Counted from the first letter of the stretch, positions 49,201 to 57,756 are shown. The stretch: DNA of 64,000 bases from an uncultured Candidatus Binatia bacterium (GCA_965200965.1 OZ241744.1:2944001-3008000); one strand, 5' to 3'. Notes: generated by a model not told the origin, from the sequence alone. Translations and numbers: made by a program.

Positions 49201-49581
49201 GTGCCGGCCACCGCGGATGGGCGTAACATGACCGGCGATGACTTCGCGCTGACCGCCGGCTGGGGTCACTTCGGGACGGGCGACGCCGTAATGCCGGGCC
49301 AGGGCCGGGCGGTAGAACGGGAGTACACCACGCCTGAAATAACAGTACTCGGCGCAAGCACCTTCGACATCCACCTGAACGCCCGCGCCTTTTGGCGCAA
49401 CGTGCCGGCCGCGGTCTGGCGCTATAAGCTCGGCGGCTACCCGGTCCTCAAGAAATGGCTCTCCTACCGCGAGCGGAAAGTGCTGGGCCGGCCGCTGTTG
49501 CCCGAGGAAGTGCAGCGCTTCACCGACACCGCCCGACGCATTGGGGCGATACTGCTGATATCTGCTTTGACTGAACTGTAA
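46216..49581 (+). CDS. Single-polypeptide RM enzyme (N6-MTase plus type ISP-like C-terminal TRD; no helicase)
   Basis: N-terminal HPDF...VVEVK nuclease, GVWYTP, DPCCGTG, GNPPY, DLYVRF, YRPFD, PRIP, YKLGGYPVLKKWLSYR. Confidence 0.88.
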   Translation: MMNLSGAVETYLSELGRVRASGGATGERSFYGPLANLLNAIGSALRPKVVCVGELADQGAGHPDFGLYAARQLQKNQPKQGQIPERGVVEVKAAADDAWLTAASQQVSRYWSRYRLVLVTNTHDFVLLGENAAGGPATLETFRLADNAATFTRLLETPRASAGKLGPGLGEYLARALSHRVRLADPKDLAWLLASYARDALARVEAAGDAPQLATIRAALEEALGVHFEGERGGRFFRSTLVQTLFYGVFSAWVLWARQRPAPAFDWRLAVWHLRAPVLRALFQQLSDPGRLRTLGLVEVLDWTAAALDRVDRAAFFTRFSEGDAVPYFYEPFLQAFDPALRKQLGVWYTPAEVVRYMVARVDGALKHDLGIADGLASDKVYVLDPCCGTGAYLAETLRRIAANLAGKGLGALTGAAIKRAATERVFGFEIMPAPFVVAHLQVGLTMQELDAPLADDSAERPGVFLTNALTGWEPRTTKPLPFPELEDERDRAEQVKRDTPILVILGNPPYNGFAGMAIDEERELSDAYRTTTRVRRPEGQGLNDLYVRFFRMAERRIAKTGQGVVCFISNYSWLDGLSFTGMRERYLESFDAIRLDCLNGDKYKTGKVAPDGTPDPSIFSTPSDTVGIQVGTAIATLVRKADHAPAQTAGFRHLWGQAKRDALLESAETHPARLYDPLTPALPLGLPFTPAAVSPEWSAWPALPELLPVSFPGVKTSRDGFLVDIDLDRLKARLCDYFNRALGHEEIDRRYPVAMKTTGRFDARAVRDALLARGGPNEAGFIRYAYRPFDNRWLYWEGDTKLLDEKRTDYKHHIFDGNLKLLDRNRADYKPHVFGGNLGLVTQQKPRREWSPPQVISHIGCLDLMDRGATTFPLRLRNDGGLESAGNSPQHRPNLSAAARRYLDRLGASVEDLFHHILAVLHDPAYREANAGALRMEWPRIPLPGWPDGGNDAAAEALARSAARGRELAGLLDPDTRVSGVTQGDLRPELAVIAVPATADGRNMTGDDFALTAGWGHFGTGDAVMPGQGRAVEREYTTPEITVLGASTFDIHLNARAFWRNVPAAVWRYKLGGYPVLKKWLSYRERKVLGRPLLPEEVQRFTDTARRIGAILLISALTEL
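48619..48732 (+). repeat. 57-bp imperfect in-frame tandem duplication inside the TRD
   Basis: KLLDEKRTDYKHHIFDGNL followed by KLLDRNRADYKPHVFGGNL. Confidence 0.85.
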
Positions 49582-49632
49582 GTCATGGTAGAACACAGTT
49601 GACAATGTATCGTTTCGATATCTGGATGCATC

Positions 49633-50082
49633 ATGAAAAACGCTGAACGCGCCGGGGCAGTTTCTCTCGTACTCGTAAGCGTAGGGGTGTCCGCTCTTTT
49701 TGCGTACATAGCGGCCACGCGTGTCTCGACCAACCTGGAGAGCGTCCTTTTTCAGGTTTTTACCTTATGTACGGGACTGACTGGTTCGTTCATTTTCGGC
49801 CGCCAATCGGCCAGCGATGCAGCCAAGGCAATCATCAGACCGCACGCGCGATCCGCGTTCCGCCGTCTCCTCTCCCTCTATTCCAGTCTCCGTCGGGTAG
49901 CGCTGGCCATAGAAGGTTGCAAGTCTCCTGCCGAATACCCAACAACGCTTGCTACGCTCAAAGCAATTGTTGTTGAACAATTGGCTACAGCGGATGACGC
50001 GCTGGAAGATTGGGTGGATATCGTTCCAGAAGAGGTGCAAGAATTGCGAGAAAAATTATTGACAGCGAGGGATGGACAATGA
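49633..50082 (+). CDS. Two-TM hypothetical protein
   Basis: Two hydrophobic helices then a helical tail; AT-richer; ATGA overlap with the next gene. Confidence 0.7.
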   Translation: MKNAERAGAVSLVLVSVGVSALFAYIAATRVSTNLESVLFQVFTLCTGLTGSFIFGRQSASDAAKAIIRPHARSAFRRLLSLYSSLRRVALAIEGCKSPAEYPTTLATLKAIVVEQLATADDALEDWVDIVPEEVQELREKLLTARDGQ

Positions 50083-50570
50083 CCAAAGCGATCCACGGGA
50101 AAGTTGCCCGAGTTCTTAACTCGCGTGAAGTTGCGCTCAATATCGGCTCCGCAGACGGGGTGGCCGTCGGCCTGTACTTCGACATCATGGATGCGAAAGG
50201 GGAAGATATCACAGACCCTGATACGGGTGAAACATTAGGGTCCATCCAACGTACAAAAGTCAGGGTTCAAGTTATTCATGTTCAAGAGAAGTTGTCTCTC
50301 GCGGCTACATACAGGCAGAGAAGAGGCGGCAGCAGGAGACTGTTTAACCCGGGTCTCGCGGAGTTTCTCATGCCACAAAAATGGGTGAATGAATATGAAA
50401 CCTTGAAATCGCAAGAGAAAACGTGGGAGCCGATGAGTGAGCAAGAGAGCTATGTAGAAATCGGAGACCCCGTTGTTCAAGTCCTTGACAATAGGGAGGG
50501 AGTAGCAAGGGAAACTGAGTTGCCTCAGAACCTCGCAACCGCCTCTACTGAGTCCCGGAGGTCGGATTAG
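50079..50570 (+). CDS. FlgT C-terminal-like beta-barrel protein
   Basis: VARV....VALNIGSADGV..G..F.I......I.DPDTGETLG...V.V..VQEKLS.A. Confidence 0.65.
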   Translation: MTKAIHGKVARVLNSREVALNIGSADGVAVGLYFDIMDAKGEDITDPDTGETLGSIQRTKVRVQVIHVQEKLSLAATYRQRRGGSRRLFNPGLAEFLMPQKWVNEYETLKSQEKTWEPMSEQESYVEIGDPVVQVLDNREGVARETELPQNLATASTESRRSD

Positions 50571-50585
50571 CGCAGCGTAACCCGA
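50559..50585 (+). repeat. GTAG-type REP palindrome (degenerate)
   Basis: AGGTCGGATTAGCGCAGCGTAACCCGA. Confidence 0.75.
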
Positions 50586-50608
50586 TCGACGGGCTATCGT
50601 CACCAGAC

Positions 50609-50887
50609 ATGGACAACCCGCCACACCCCGGGGGAATCGTGAGACGGCAGTGTCTTGACGCACTCGGCCTTTCTGTGACGCGGGCGGCCCAAGGCTTGGG
50701 GGTCACACATAAAGCGCTGTCCGATCTGGTCAACGAAAAATCCAGTATCTCGGTTGAAATGGCCTTACGCCTCTCCAAGGCGTTCGGCTCAAGCCCCGAG
50801 ACCTGGATCGGCATGCAGATGGCCTATGATCTCTGGCAGGCACGAGAGCAAGCCGCCCACCTCACGGTTGAGAAGTTCACGGCCTAG
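50609..50887 (+). CDS. higA: HigA/VapI family antitoxin (no adjacent toxin)
   Basis: NPPHPG, LSVT.AA..LGV, MALRLSKAFG.SPETW..MQ..YDL. Confidence 0.92.
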   Translation: MDNPPHPGGIVRRQCLDALGLSVTRAAQGLGVTHKALSDLVNEKSSISVEMALRLSKAFGSSPETWIGMQMAYDLWQAREQAAHLTVEKFTA

Positions 50888-50894
50888 CCGTGCC

Positions 50895-50928
50895 TGTCGG
50901 ATTACGCCCGCGGTGAATCCGACCTACA
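50895..50928 (-). repeat. GTAG-type REP palindrome
   Basis: Reverse complement TGTAGGTCGGATTCACCGCGGGCGTAATCCGACA. Confidence 0.8.
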
Positions 50929-51043
50929 GCCGGTTCTCTTGTTGCGATGAAATGGATGCCGAATACCCCGAAAGAGGCCAGTCTCCCGGTCCACGGCCTC
51001 GCCGCGCTTGACGGGCCGGACAGCGTACAGTAGGACAGAGCGC

Positions 51044-51394
51044 ATGGCCGGCTTGGCATTTGACACCCATAAAGCCGTCAAGGCCCTCCGGGAAGCCGGG
51101 GCGGACGAACCCTTGGCCGAAGCCGTTGTGGTGACGATTGGCGATGCGCTCGGTGAGCATGTCGCCACCAAGGCTGATGTGGCCGAAGTCAAGACCGGCT
51201 TGGCCGAAGTCAAGGCTGAGCTCAAGGCCGATGTGGCCGAAGTCAAGGCTGAGCTCAAGGCCGATGTGGCCGAAGTCAAGGTCAACCTGGCGGAAATGGA
51301 AACCCGCCTCTACCGCCACCTGTGGATGATGGCCGCCGGCATTGTGGGGCTGACGGTCAGCCTCACTGTTGCCCTGGTGAAGCTGACCTCGTGA
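51044..51394 (+). CDS. CCDC90/DUF1640-like head-neck-stalk-anchor protein, copy 1 (116 aa)
   Basis: FDTHKAVKAL..AG....AEA head, VATKAD neck, coiled-coil repeats, C-terminal TM anchor. Confidence 0.85.
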   Translation: MAGLAFDTHKAVKALREAGADEPLAEAVVVTIGDALGEHVATKADVAEVKTGLAEVKAELKADVAEVKAELKADVAEVKVNLAEMETRLYRHLWMMAAGIVGLTVSLTVALVKLTS

Positions 51395-51408
51395 CCAGGC
51401 CGACAGCC

Positions 51409-51432
51409 CGGATTAGCACAGCGTAATCCGAC
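51409..51432 (+). repeat. REP-derived palindrome between array copies (also 51991-52014)
   Basis: CGGATTAGCACAGCGTAATCCGAC. Confidence 0.8.
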
Positions 51433-51505
51433 GGGCGCGTTGCTGCTTGGCCGTGCCGGCCGCTTCCTCTTGACGGGCCGGACGGTGTGCAGTAAAAGGG
51501 AGCGC

Positions 51506-51976
51506 ATGGCCGGCTTGGCATTCGACACCCATAAAGCCGTCAAAGCCCTCCGGGAAGCCGGGGCGGACGAACCCTTGGCCGAAGCCGTTGTGGTGACGAT
51601 TGGCAATGCGCTCGGCGAGCATGTTGCCACCAAGGCTGATGTGGCCGAAGCCAAGACCGCACTCAAGGCTGACGTGGCCGAAGTCAAGGCTGAGCTCAAG
51701 GCTGACATGGCCGAAGTCAAGACCGAGTTGGCCGAAGTCAAGGCTGAGCTCAAGGCTGACATGGCCGAAGTCAAGACCGAGTTGGCCGAAGTCAAGGCTG
51801 AGCTCAAGGCTGACATGGCCGAAGTCAAGGCTGAGCTCAAGGCCGACATGGCCGAAGTCAAGGTCAACCTGGCGGAAATGGAAACCCGCCTCTACCGCCA
51901 CCTGTGGATGATGGCCGCCGGCATTGTGGGGCTGACGGTCAGCCTCACTGTTGCCCTGGTGAAGCTGACCTCGTGA
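51506..51976 (+). CDS. CCDC90/DUF1640-like protein, copy 2 (156 aa)
   Basis: Same head and anchor as copy 1; stalk 11+11+7+11+7+11+11. Confidence 0.85.
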   Translation: MAGLAFDTHKAVKALREAGADEPLAEAVVVTIGNALGEHVATKADVAEAKTALKADVAEVKAELKADMAEVKTELAEVKAELKADMAEVKTELAEVKAELKADMAEVKAELKADMAEVKVNLAEMETRLYRHLWMMAAGIVGLTVSLTVALVKLTS

Positions 51977-52087
51977 CCAGGCCGACAGCCCGGATTAGCA
52001 CAGCGTAATCCGACGGGCGCGTTGCTGCTTGGCCGTGCCGGCCGCTTCCTCTTGACGGGCCGGACGGTGTGCAGTAAAAGGGAGCGC

Positions 52088-52537
52088 ATGGCCGGCTTGG
52101 CATTCGACACCCATAAAGCCGTCAAAGCCCTCCGGGAAGCCGGGGCGGACGAACCCTTGGCCGAAGCCGTTGTGGTGACGATTGGCAATGCGCTCGGCGA
52201 GCATGTTGCCACCAAGGCTGATGTGGCCGAAGCCAAGACCGCACTCAAGGCTGACATGGCCGAAGTCAAGGCTGAGCTCAAGGCTGACGTGGCCGAAGTC
52301 AAGGCTGAGCTCAAGGCTGATGTGGCCGAAGTCAAGGCTGAGCTCAAGGCTGATGTGGCCGAAGTCAAGACCGAGTTGGCCGAAGTCAAGGCTGAGCTCA
52401 AGGCTGACGTGGCCGAAGTCAAGGTCAACTTGGCGGAAATGGAAACCCGCCTCTACCGCCACCTGTGGATGATGGCCGCCGGCATTGTAGGGCTGACGGT
52501 CAGCCTGACCGTTGCCCTGGTGAAGCTGACCTCGTGA
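52088..52537 (+). CDS. CCDC90/DUF1640-like protein, copy 3 (149 aa)
   Basis: Same head and anchor; stalk 11+11+11+11+7+11. Confidence 0.85.
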   Translation: MAGLAFDTHKAVKALREAGADEPLAEAVVVTIGNALGEHVATKADVAEAKTALKADMAEVKAELKADVAEVKAELKADVAEVKAELKADVAEVKTELAEVKAELKADVAEVKVNLAEMETRLYRHLWMMAAGIVGLTVSLTVALVKLTS

Positions 52538-53200
52538 CTATCCGCACGGGCAATTCTTACGAATTTGACCCACCAGGATGGCCGGCAACTCGTGGATGGA
52601 TTGCACGACACGGCTGGCGTGCGAAAAATCCTGGGATTTGGTGAAGGCGTGTTCAATGACGATACACTCCAGGCCGGCCGCCACCGCGGAGCGCAGACCG
52701 CGTTCAGAATCCTCAATCGCAATCGCTTCGTGGGGCTCAGCCCCGAACCGCTCCAGCGCGATCAGGTAGGGGTCGGGGGCCGGCTTGCTGCGCGCATAAT
52801 CACCGTTGGCAACCACAAAGTCCATATAGGACAGGAGCGTCCGGTCTTGGTGGATCAGGGCAAAGTCATCCTTCTTGGCCGTGGTGACAATCGCCATTGA
52901 AAAGAACGGCGACAGTTCGGCCAGTACGCTCAGTACGCCCGGAATCTCAATGTTTTCGGTCCGCAGACGCTCCTGGTAGGATCGGTTCCGCCGGCTGCGA
53001 TGGACGGCGATGACTTCTTCCGAGATGCCCCGCTGCCGGGCCAGCTCCCACATGGTCTGTCCCTGGGTCGTCCAGGCCACATATTCGGCTTTGTCAAAAG
53101 ATATCCCAAGTGCAGCCAGGGCGTGCCGGGTCGAGAGGAAGTACCAGTGTTCGGTATCGACCAGTACGCCGTCGTGGTCCCACAGAATGTATTTCAACAT
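52538..53200 (-). CDS. HAD family phosphatase
   Basis: DHDGVLVD, VTT, KPAPD, EDS..G. Confidence 0.92.
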   Translation of the reverse strand: MLKYILWDHDGVLVDTEHWYFLSTRHALAALGISFDKAEYVAWTTQGQTMWELARQRGISEEVIAVHRSRRNRSYQERLRTENIEIPGVLSVLAELSPFFSMAIVTTAKKDDFALIHQDRTLLSYMDFVVANGDYARSKPAPDPYLIALERFGAEPHEAIAIEDSERGLRSAVAAGLECIVIEHAFTKSQDFSHASRVVQSIHELPAILVGQIRKNCPCG

Positions 53201-53222
53201 TGGGGTGTCCCGCGGCGTCTCC

Positions 53223-53681
53223 TCAGTCTTTGTCCGCCCAGCTCTTTTCGTAGTCGGTACTCATCCGCAGCCGGGCCCGCAGGTGTTTGATCTTCCATGC
53301 GCCGTCAATTTTGACGTAGTCGTCCTGGTAGCGGGCGGCCAGCCATTTGGCCTGATTGTTGTGATAAAATGTGAACGGTCCAAAAAAATACCAGCGTGCG
53401 GTCGCCCGGTCGCCGTCGAGCGTGATGACCGGGTTGAGCACCTGGTGCTGGGAGAAGCTGATCAAGGTCTGGAACTTTTTGAACAACTCACGGATAGCCG
53501 CATGCCCCTGAGCCTGCCCAAAGCCGCCGCCCTCCCAGATGCCGTCCGAGGCAAAGATCGTGGTGATGCGGTCCGGGTTATGGTCATCGTCGCAGATGTC
53601 GCAATACTCGGCCTTGAGCTGCTTGATGGCCTCAATATCCTCCATACGGGTCAGGCGTTTTTCGAGTTCGGTCATGTCCAT
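53223..53681 (-). CDS. SnoaL-like/NTF2 family protein (BaiE/LinA-like)
   Basis: EDIEAIKQLKA.YC..CD, H...NP.I, Y.DDY...DG.WKI. Confidence 0.85.
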   Translation of the reverse strand: MDMTELEKRLTRMEDIEAIKQLKAEYCDICDDDHNPDRITTIFASDGIWEGGGFGQAQGHAAIRELFKKFQTLISFSQHQVLNPVITLDGDRATARWYFFGPFTFYHNNQAKWLAARYQDDYVKIDGAWKIKHLRARLRMSTDYEKSWADKD

Positions 53682-53882
53682 TGGGGGTCCTCCTTTCATG
53701 TACAGGGCAGCACCTGTTCTAGGAGATCAGCCCCCGGAGGTCAACAATCCGGCGGGCGACAGCGTGCTGTATATGGCGGCTCTGTTCTGGCGGGGGGATG
53801 GTGAAAGACCAGGCCGGTGTGAGGGCCGGTCTTGGCCACAACGCCGCCGGGGTGTACGGTGTGGCGAAAGGAGGACAGACAC

Positions 53883-54410
53883 ATGGCACGCATTCCATAC
53901 GTTGAGAAAGACACCGCGAGTGACGAGACCAGGGAGTTGTACGCCACGTTTGAGCAACAGTTCGGCATCGCCGAGGTCCCCAATGTCGTCAAGGCGCTGT
54001 CCAACAGCCCCGGGCTGGCCAAGCGCATCTTTCCACTGGCCAATTACTTCATGAACGAGTCGGCCCTTGACCCCCGGCTGCGGGAACTGGCGGTGCTGAC
54101 GCTGATGGACCGGCTTGACTGCAAGTATGGATTTGTCCGGCATATTGAGATTGCCGAACGAAGCGGCATTTCGCGCCAACAGATCGACAGCATCGGCTCG
54201 TATCAGACCAGCGCACTGTTCAGCGACGACGACAAGCTGATCATCCGCTATGCCGAAGAGCTGACCCGGAAGGGACAGGTTGACGACGCGCTGTTTCGGC
54301 AGGTCCAGGACCTGATCGGGCAGGATGGTGTCCTGGAGCTGACCGCGGCCACCGCCTTCTGGAACATGATGGCGCGCAACCTGAACGCCCTCCGGGTCGA
54401 TCTGGAGTAA
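53883..54410 (+). CDS. Carboxymuconolactone decarboxylase (AhpD-like) family
   Basis: LDPRLRELAVL......C.Y...RH; ATG after AAGGAGG. Confidence 0.85.
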   Translation: MARIPYVEKDTASDETRELYATFEQQFGIAEVPNVVKALSNSPGLAKRIFPLANYFMNESALDPRLRELAVLTLMDRLDCKYGFVRHIEIAERSGISRQQIDSIGSYQTSALFSDDDKLIIRYAEELTRKGQVDDALFRQVQDLIGQDGVLELTAATAFWNMMARNLNALRVDLE

Positions 54411-54417
54411 GAGGGCA

Positions 54418-55710
54418 CTACGGCTCGCCCTCCACACCGGGGACGAAGCCAGGATGGTCGGCCAACTCCGGGGCTGCGGTCGCGGCCCCGGCCCCGAGGC
54501 TGAACAGCCCGATACAGCCCCCAAACGCCCAGTCATAGCTCCCCATATGGTCAAAAATCGCTCCGGCTATGACCGGGCCGGCGGCCCCCCCGAAGCTGAG
54601 GCCGATTGTGCCCAGCACCCCGGCGATGGTCCCAAACGCCCGCCGACCAAAATCATGGCCAACGGTCAGGGGCCACAGCACGATCATTCCGCCGTAGCCC
54701 AGACCAAACAGGGGAACGAACAGGGCGAGGCTCCAGACCCCCAAGGGCTCAAGATACATCAGAAACCCGGTCCCGGCCGCCTGCATGAGCAGACAGACCG
54801 CCAGAATATAGTGCGGACGGGGAAAGTGCTCACTGACCCAGCCGGCCGCAAAGCGTCCGGCCATGCTCATGCCCAGGCTGACGCCGGTCAGCGTTGCCGC
54901 CAGCTCGAGCGACTGCCCGGCGTCCTGCAGAAACGCGACCTGGTGGGTATGGACCGCCCCGGCCGCCATCAGCCCCAGACAAAACGCCAGCCCCAACAGC
55001 CAGAAGGTCGGGGTGAAGAGGGCTTCTTTGAGCGTCCAGTCTCTAGCCGCCGGGGCGGTGTGGGTGTCAGCCGGGCCGCCCTGGCCCAGCGCACGCAGCC
55101 CCTTCTCCTCCGGGCTGTTGGCCACAAAGAACCAGATGAGCGGAAACATGAGGCCGAGCGACAGCAGGGCCAGGGCTTGGTAGGCCAGCCGCCAACTGAA
55201 CTCGGCGATCAAAAAGCCGCACAGCGGCACCAGGACCAGCCCCCCGCCGCTGGCCCCGACCAGAGCGATACCCATCGCCAAGCCCCGCTTGGCCACAAAC
55301 CACTGGGTCACGACCTTGCCCACCGGCATTGGTCCAATGCCGGCCAGCCCGACGCCCAAGAGCAGATACCAGCCGTAATAGCTGCTCAGGTCTTCGACCG
55401 CACTCAGGAAGAGCAGGGCCACGCCGTCGATCACCGCGCTGAGCAGAAAGACCCGTCTGGCCCCAATGTGATCCACCAGCCAGCCCCAGCCGGGCAGGAC
55501 CAGCCCGCCGACCAGCAGGTACAGCGAGAAGGCCGTTGCGGTTTCGGCCCGTGACCAGCCAAACTCTTCAGTCAGCGGCTTGAGAAAGGTCGAAAAGGTG
55601 TAGGTGAAGCCGCCGTCAATGATCGACACCACAAACAGGACAGCAATAATGAACCAGCCATAGAAGAAGCCGGCCGGTCCTTGGCCGTCCGTAGCGTGGG
55701 TGTCCATCAT
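54418..55710 (-). CDS. MFS transporter
   Basis: About 12 TM segments; G.LVDHIGARR motif A, WF..KRGLA.G. Confidence 0.92.
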   Translation of the reverse strand: MMDTHATDGQGPAGFFYGWFIIAVLFVVSIIDGGFTYTFSTFLKPLTEEFGWSRAETATAFSLYLLVGGLVLPGWGWLVDHIGARRVFLLSAVIDGVALLFLSAVEDLSSYYGWYLLLGVGLAGIGPMPVGKVVTQWFVAKRGLAMGIALVGASGGGLVLVPLCGFLIAEFSWRLAYQALALLSLGLMFPLIWFFVANSPEEKGLRALGQGGPADTHTAPAARDWTLKEALFTPTFWLLGLAFCLGLMAAGAVHTHQVAFLQDAGQSLELAATLTGVSLGMSMAGRFAAGWVSEHFPRPHYILAVCLLMQAAGTGFLMYLEPLGVWSLALFVPLFGLGYGGMIVLWPLTVGHDFGRRAFGTIAGVLGTIGLSFGGAAGPVIAGAIFDHMGSYDWAFGGCIGLFSLGAGAATAAPELADHPGFVPGVEGEP

Positions 55711-55749
55711 GCGAAGCTGAGCAGAGGCCGGCTTCCCAGCGGCCTGGGC

Positions 55750-56883
55750 TCAGTCAAAATGATATACCCGGGCGGCATTCCCGCCGGCGATCTTGGCTTT
55801 TTCCTCCGCGCTGCAATCGGCCAGAATATCCTCCAGAATCTGCCGGGTGCGGGGGAAGGTTGCCTCTGGGTGGGGGTAGTCTGAGCCCCACTGGAGATTG
55901 TCCACGCCGATCAGGTGGCGGTGCTGGATGCCGAGGGCGTCTTCCTGAAAGCCCAGAAACACATTACGGTGGAAATACTGGCTGGGCAGCATGTCGCCTG
56001 GGTAGCGGTCCCAGTAGCCCTTTTTGAACAGGTCACGCGCACGTTGGGTATAGTTGTAGTCGAGCCGGTCAATGAAGTGTGGCACCCACGACAGTTCCAT
56101 CTCGACCGCGCCGACCTGGAGTTTGGGGTAGCGGGCAAAGACGCCGCTGTAGATCATCTGGGCCAGCGACATCCGCACCCAGTAGTCGGCGTTGGCCACA
56201 AAGGCCGGCGTCAACTCGTCAAACACAAAGGTCTGGCCCGGGCCGGGCCGGTTGGTGCCGATGTGGAGGCCGAGCGGCATCTCCAGGTCTTGGGCCGCGG
56301 CCCACAGCGCGTCGTACTCGGGCAAGTCGTAGGTCTGGCCCTCGCGCGGATAGCAGGTAATCATGGCCCCCGCCAGCCCCATGTTGGCGCAGCGCTCCAG
56401 CTCTGTGATGCCGGCCGGCAGGTCATCAATGTCGAGCATGGCGATGCCCTTGAGCTTGTTGGGAAACGGCCGGCAGAACTCGGCCAGCCAGTCGTTGTAG
56501 GCACGAAAGATGGCCGTCATCAGCTCACTCTCCGACATGGTGAACAGCAGCAGGCCGACCGTCGGATAGAGGACCCCGCCGTCCACCCCGTCCAGTTCCA
56601 TATCCTTGACGTGTTCCTCCGGCAGGTAGCCGCCGGGCCGGACATTGTCCATTGTGTCAGCACTGCTGAGTTTTTCGGGTTCCTCAAAGCGCCGACCGGT
56701 CTGGGCACCGGCAAAAGCGCCCATGACCTTGCGACCGTCGCAGAACCACCAGTCACCCCCGTCGTCAAGGCGCACAACATGCGGGGCGCGCTCACGCCAC
56801 TTGGGCGCAACCCTCGTTGCCCACAGGTCGGCCGGTTCAAAAATGTGATTGTCCGAAGAGATGATCCTGTATATGTCGGTCAT
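55750..56883 (-). CDS. Amidohydrolase_2 family protein
   Basis: ISSDNH, YPT, YNDWL, LHI, WGSDYPH. Confidence 0.92.
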   Translation of the reverse strand: MTDIYRIISSDNHIFEPADLWATRVAPKWRERAPHVVRLDDGGDWWFCDGRKVMGAFAGAQTGRRFEEPEKLSSADTMDNVRPGGYLPEEHVKDMELDGVDGGVLYPTVGLLLFTMSESELMTAIFRAYNDWLAEFCRPFPNKLKGIAMLDIDDLPAGITELERCANMGLAGAMITCYPREGQTYDLPEYDALWAAAQDLEMPLGLHIGTNRPGPGQTFVFDELTPAFVANADYWVRMSLAQMIYSGVFARYPKLQVGAVEMELSWVPHFIDRLDYNYTQRARDLFKKGYWDRYPGDMLPSQYFHRNVFLGFQEDALGIQHRHLIGVDNLQWGSDYPHPEATFPRTRQILEDILADCSAEEKAKIAGGNAARVYHFD

Positions 56884-56968
56884 AGTCCCTCCTTTATCGT
56901 GTCAGACAGCGGCGTCGGAGCGGACCAGCCGCCCCAACGCCGGCCCCCCAGGCAGTCGGACACCGGGG

Positions 56969-57391
56969 CTACAGTTCGGGCGGGGCCAGAATCGTGAAGC
57001 CGAAGAACGGATCGCTGCCGGTCCGCAGGGTATGCGGAGAGCCGGCCGGAATCATCAACACGTCACCGGCCTTGAGGTCTTGTTCTTTGCCCGACACCCG
57101 GGCGGTCGCCCCGCCGTCGATCACATAGATGATCTGGTCGCCCTTGTGGGTATTCTCGCTGTCGTTGCTGTAGTTGGCCGGCAGATTGAACACCACCGTC
57201 TGGCTCTGCTCGGTCTCCTGGAGCTTCTGGACCGGCTTGTCCTTGTAGTCAAACACATTTGCCACGTCCAGACCGCCGGCCCCGTTGGCCGCGCCCAGTT
57301 CGGTCATCTGGGCCTCGAACAGTGCATCCGAAATCAGCCCTTTGCGGTACGCCTTGAGGAGTTGCTGTACCTCAAAATCGCGTGTTGCCAT
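56969..57391 (-). CDS. Cupin domain protein
   Basis: NTH..DQIIYVIDG...LKAGD...IPAG.PH. Confidence 0.85.
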   Translation of the reverse strand: MATRDFEVQQLLKAYRKGLISDALFEAQMTELGAANGAGGLDVANVFDYKDKPVQKLQETEQSQTVVFNLPANYSNDSENTHKGDQIIYVIDGGATARVSGKEQDLKAGDVLMIPAGSPHTLRTGSDPFFGFTILAPPEL

Positions 57392-57460
57392 AGTGTGTCT
57401 CCTTTCCTTGCTGGTTTCCCTCCGCCATACCCCCAGATCAGCCCGAAAGTCAAGCTGCAA

Positions 57461-57481
57461 GAGGGCTTGCCTTCTCCGCCC
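57461..57481 (+). repeat. 21-bp direct repeat (also 58192-58212) containing a -35-like TTGCCT
   Basis: GAGGGCTTGCCTTCTCCGCCC exact at both sites; the first copy is followed at 17 nt by TAGTCT. Confidence 0.85.
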
Positions 57482-57552
57482 TTGTTTTTTAGTCTCGTGA
57501 CGAATTGAGCCTTGGAGGAAGACTGTTCAATCTCACCAGCGAGGGAATGCGC

Positions 57553-57756
57553 ATGATGAATACGATCCTGGCCGTCGTCCGTGAAGGCAAAATCGTCCCC
57601 TTGGAAGCGATGCAGCTCCCTGAAGGAACGCGGGCTTTGGTCACACTCCTGCCTGAAGATGAGGCGAGCTTCTGGCGAGCGGCAAGTGCGTCTTCATTGG
57701 AGGGGGTATGGGGGAACACAGCGGACGATGTCTATGCCGAGCTCCTTGAAAAATGA
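57553..57756 (+). CDS. Putative antitoxin (AF2212/DUF104-like)
   Basis: I.AVVREGKIVPLE...LPEG.RALVT; acidic W....DDVY tail; overlaps the toxin gene. Confidence 0.75.
   Translation: MMNTILAVVREGKIVPLEAMQLPEGTRALVTLLPEDEASFWRAASASSLEGVWGNTADDVYAELLEK

Noticed and set aside
51160-52430. 33/21-bp repeats as a CRISPR array
   Set aside because: Repeats are contiguous, in frame and coding, with no unique spacers or cas genes.
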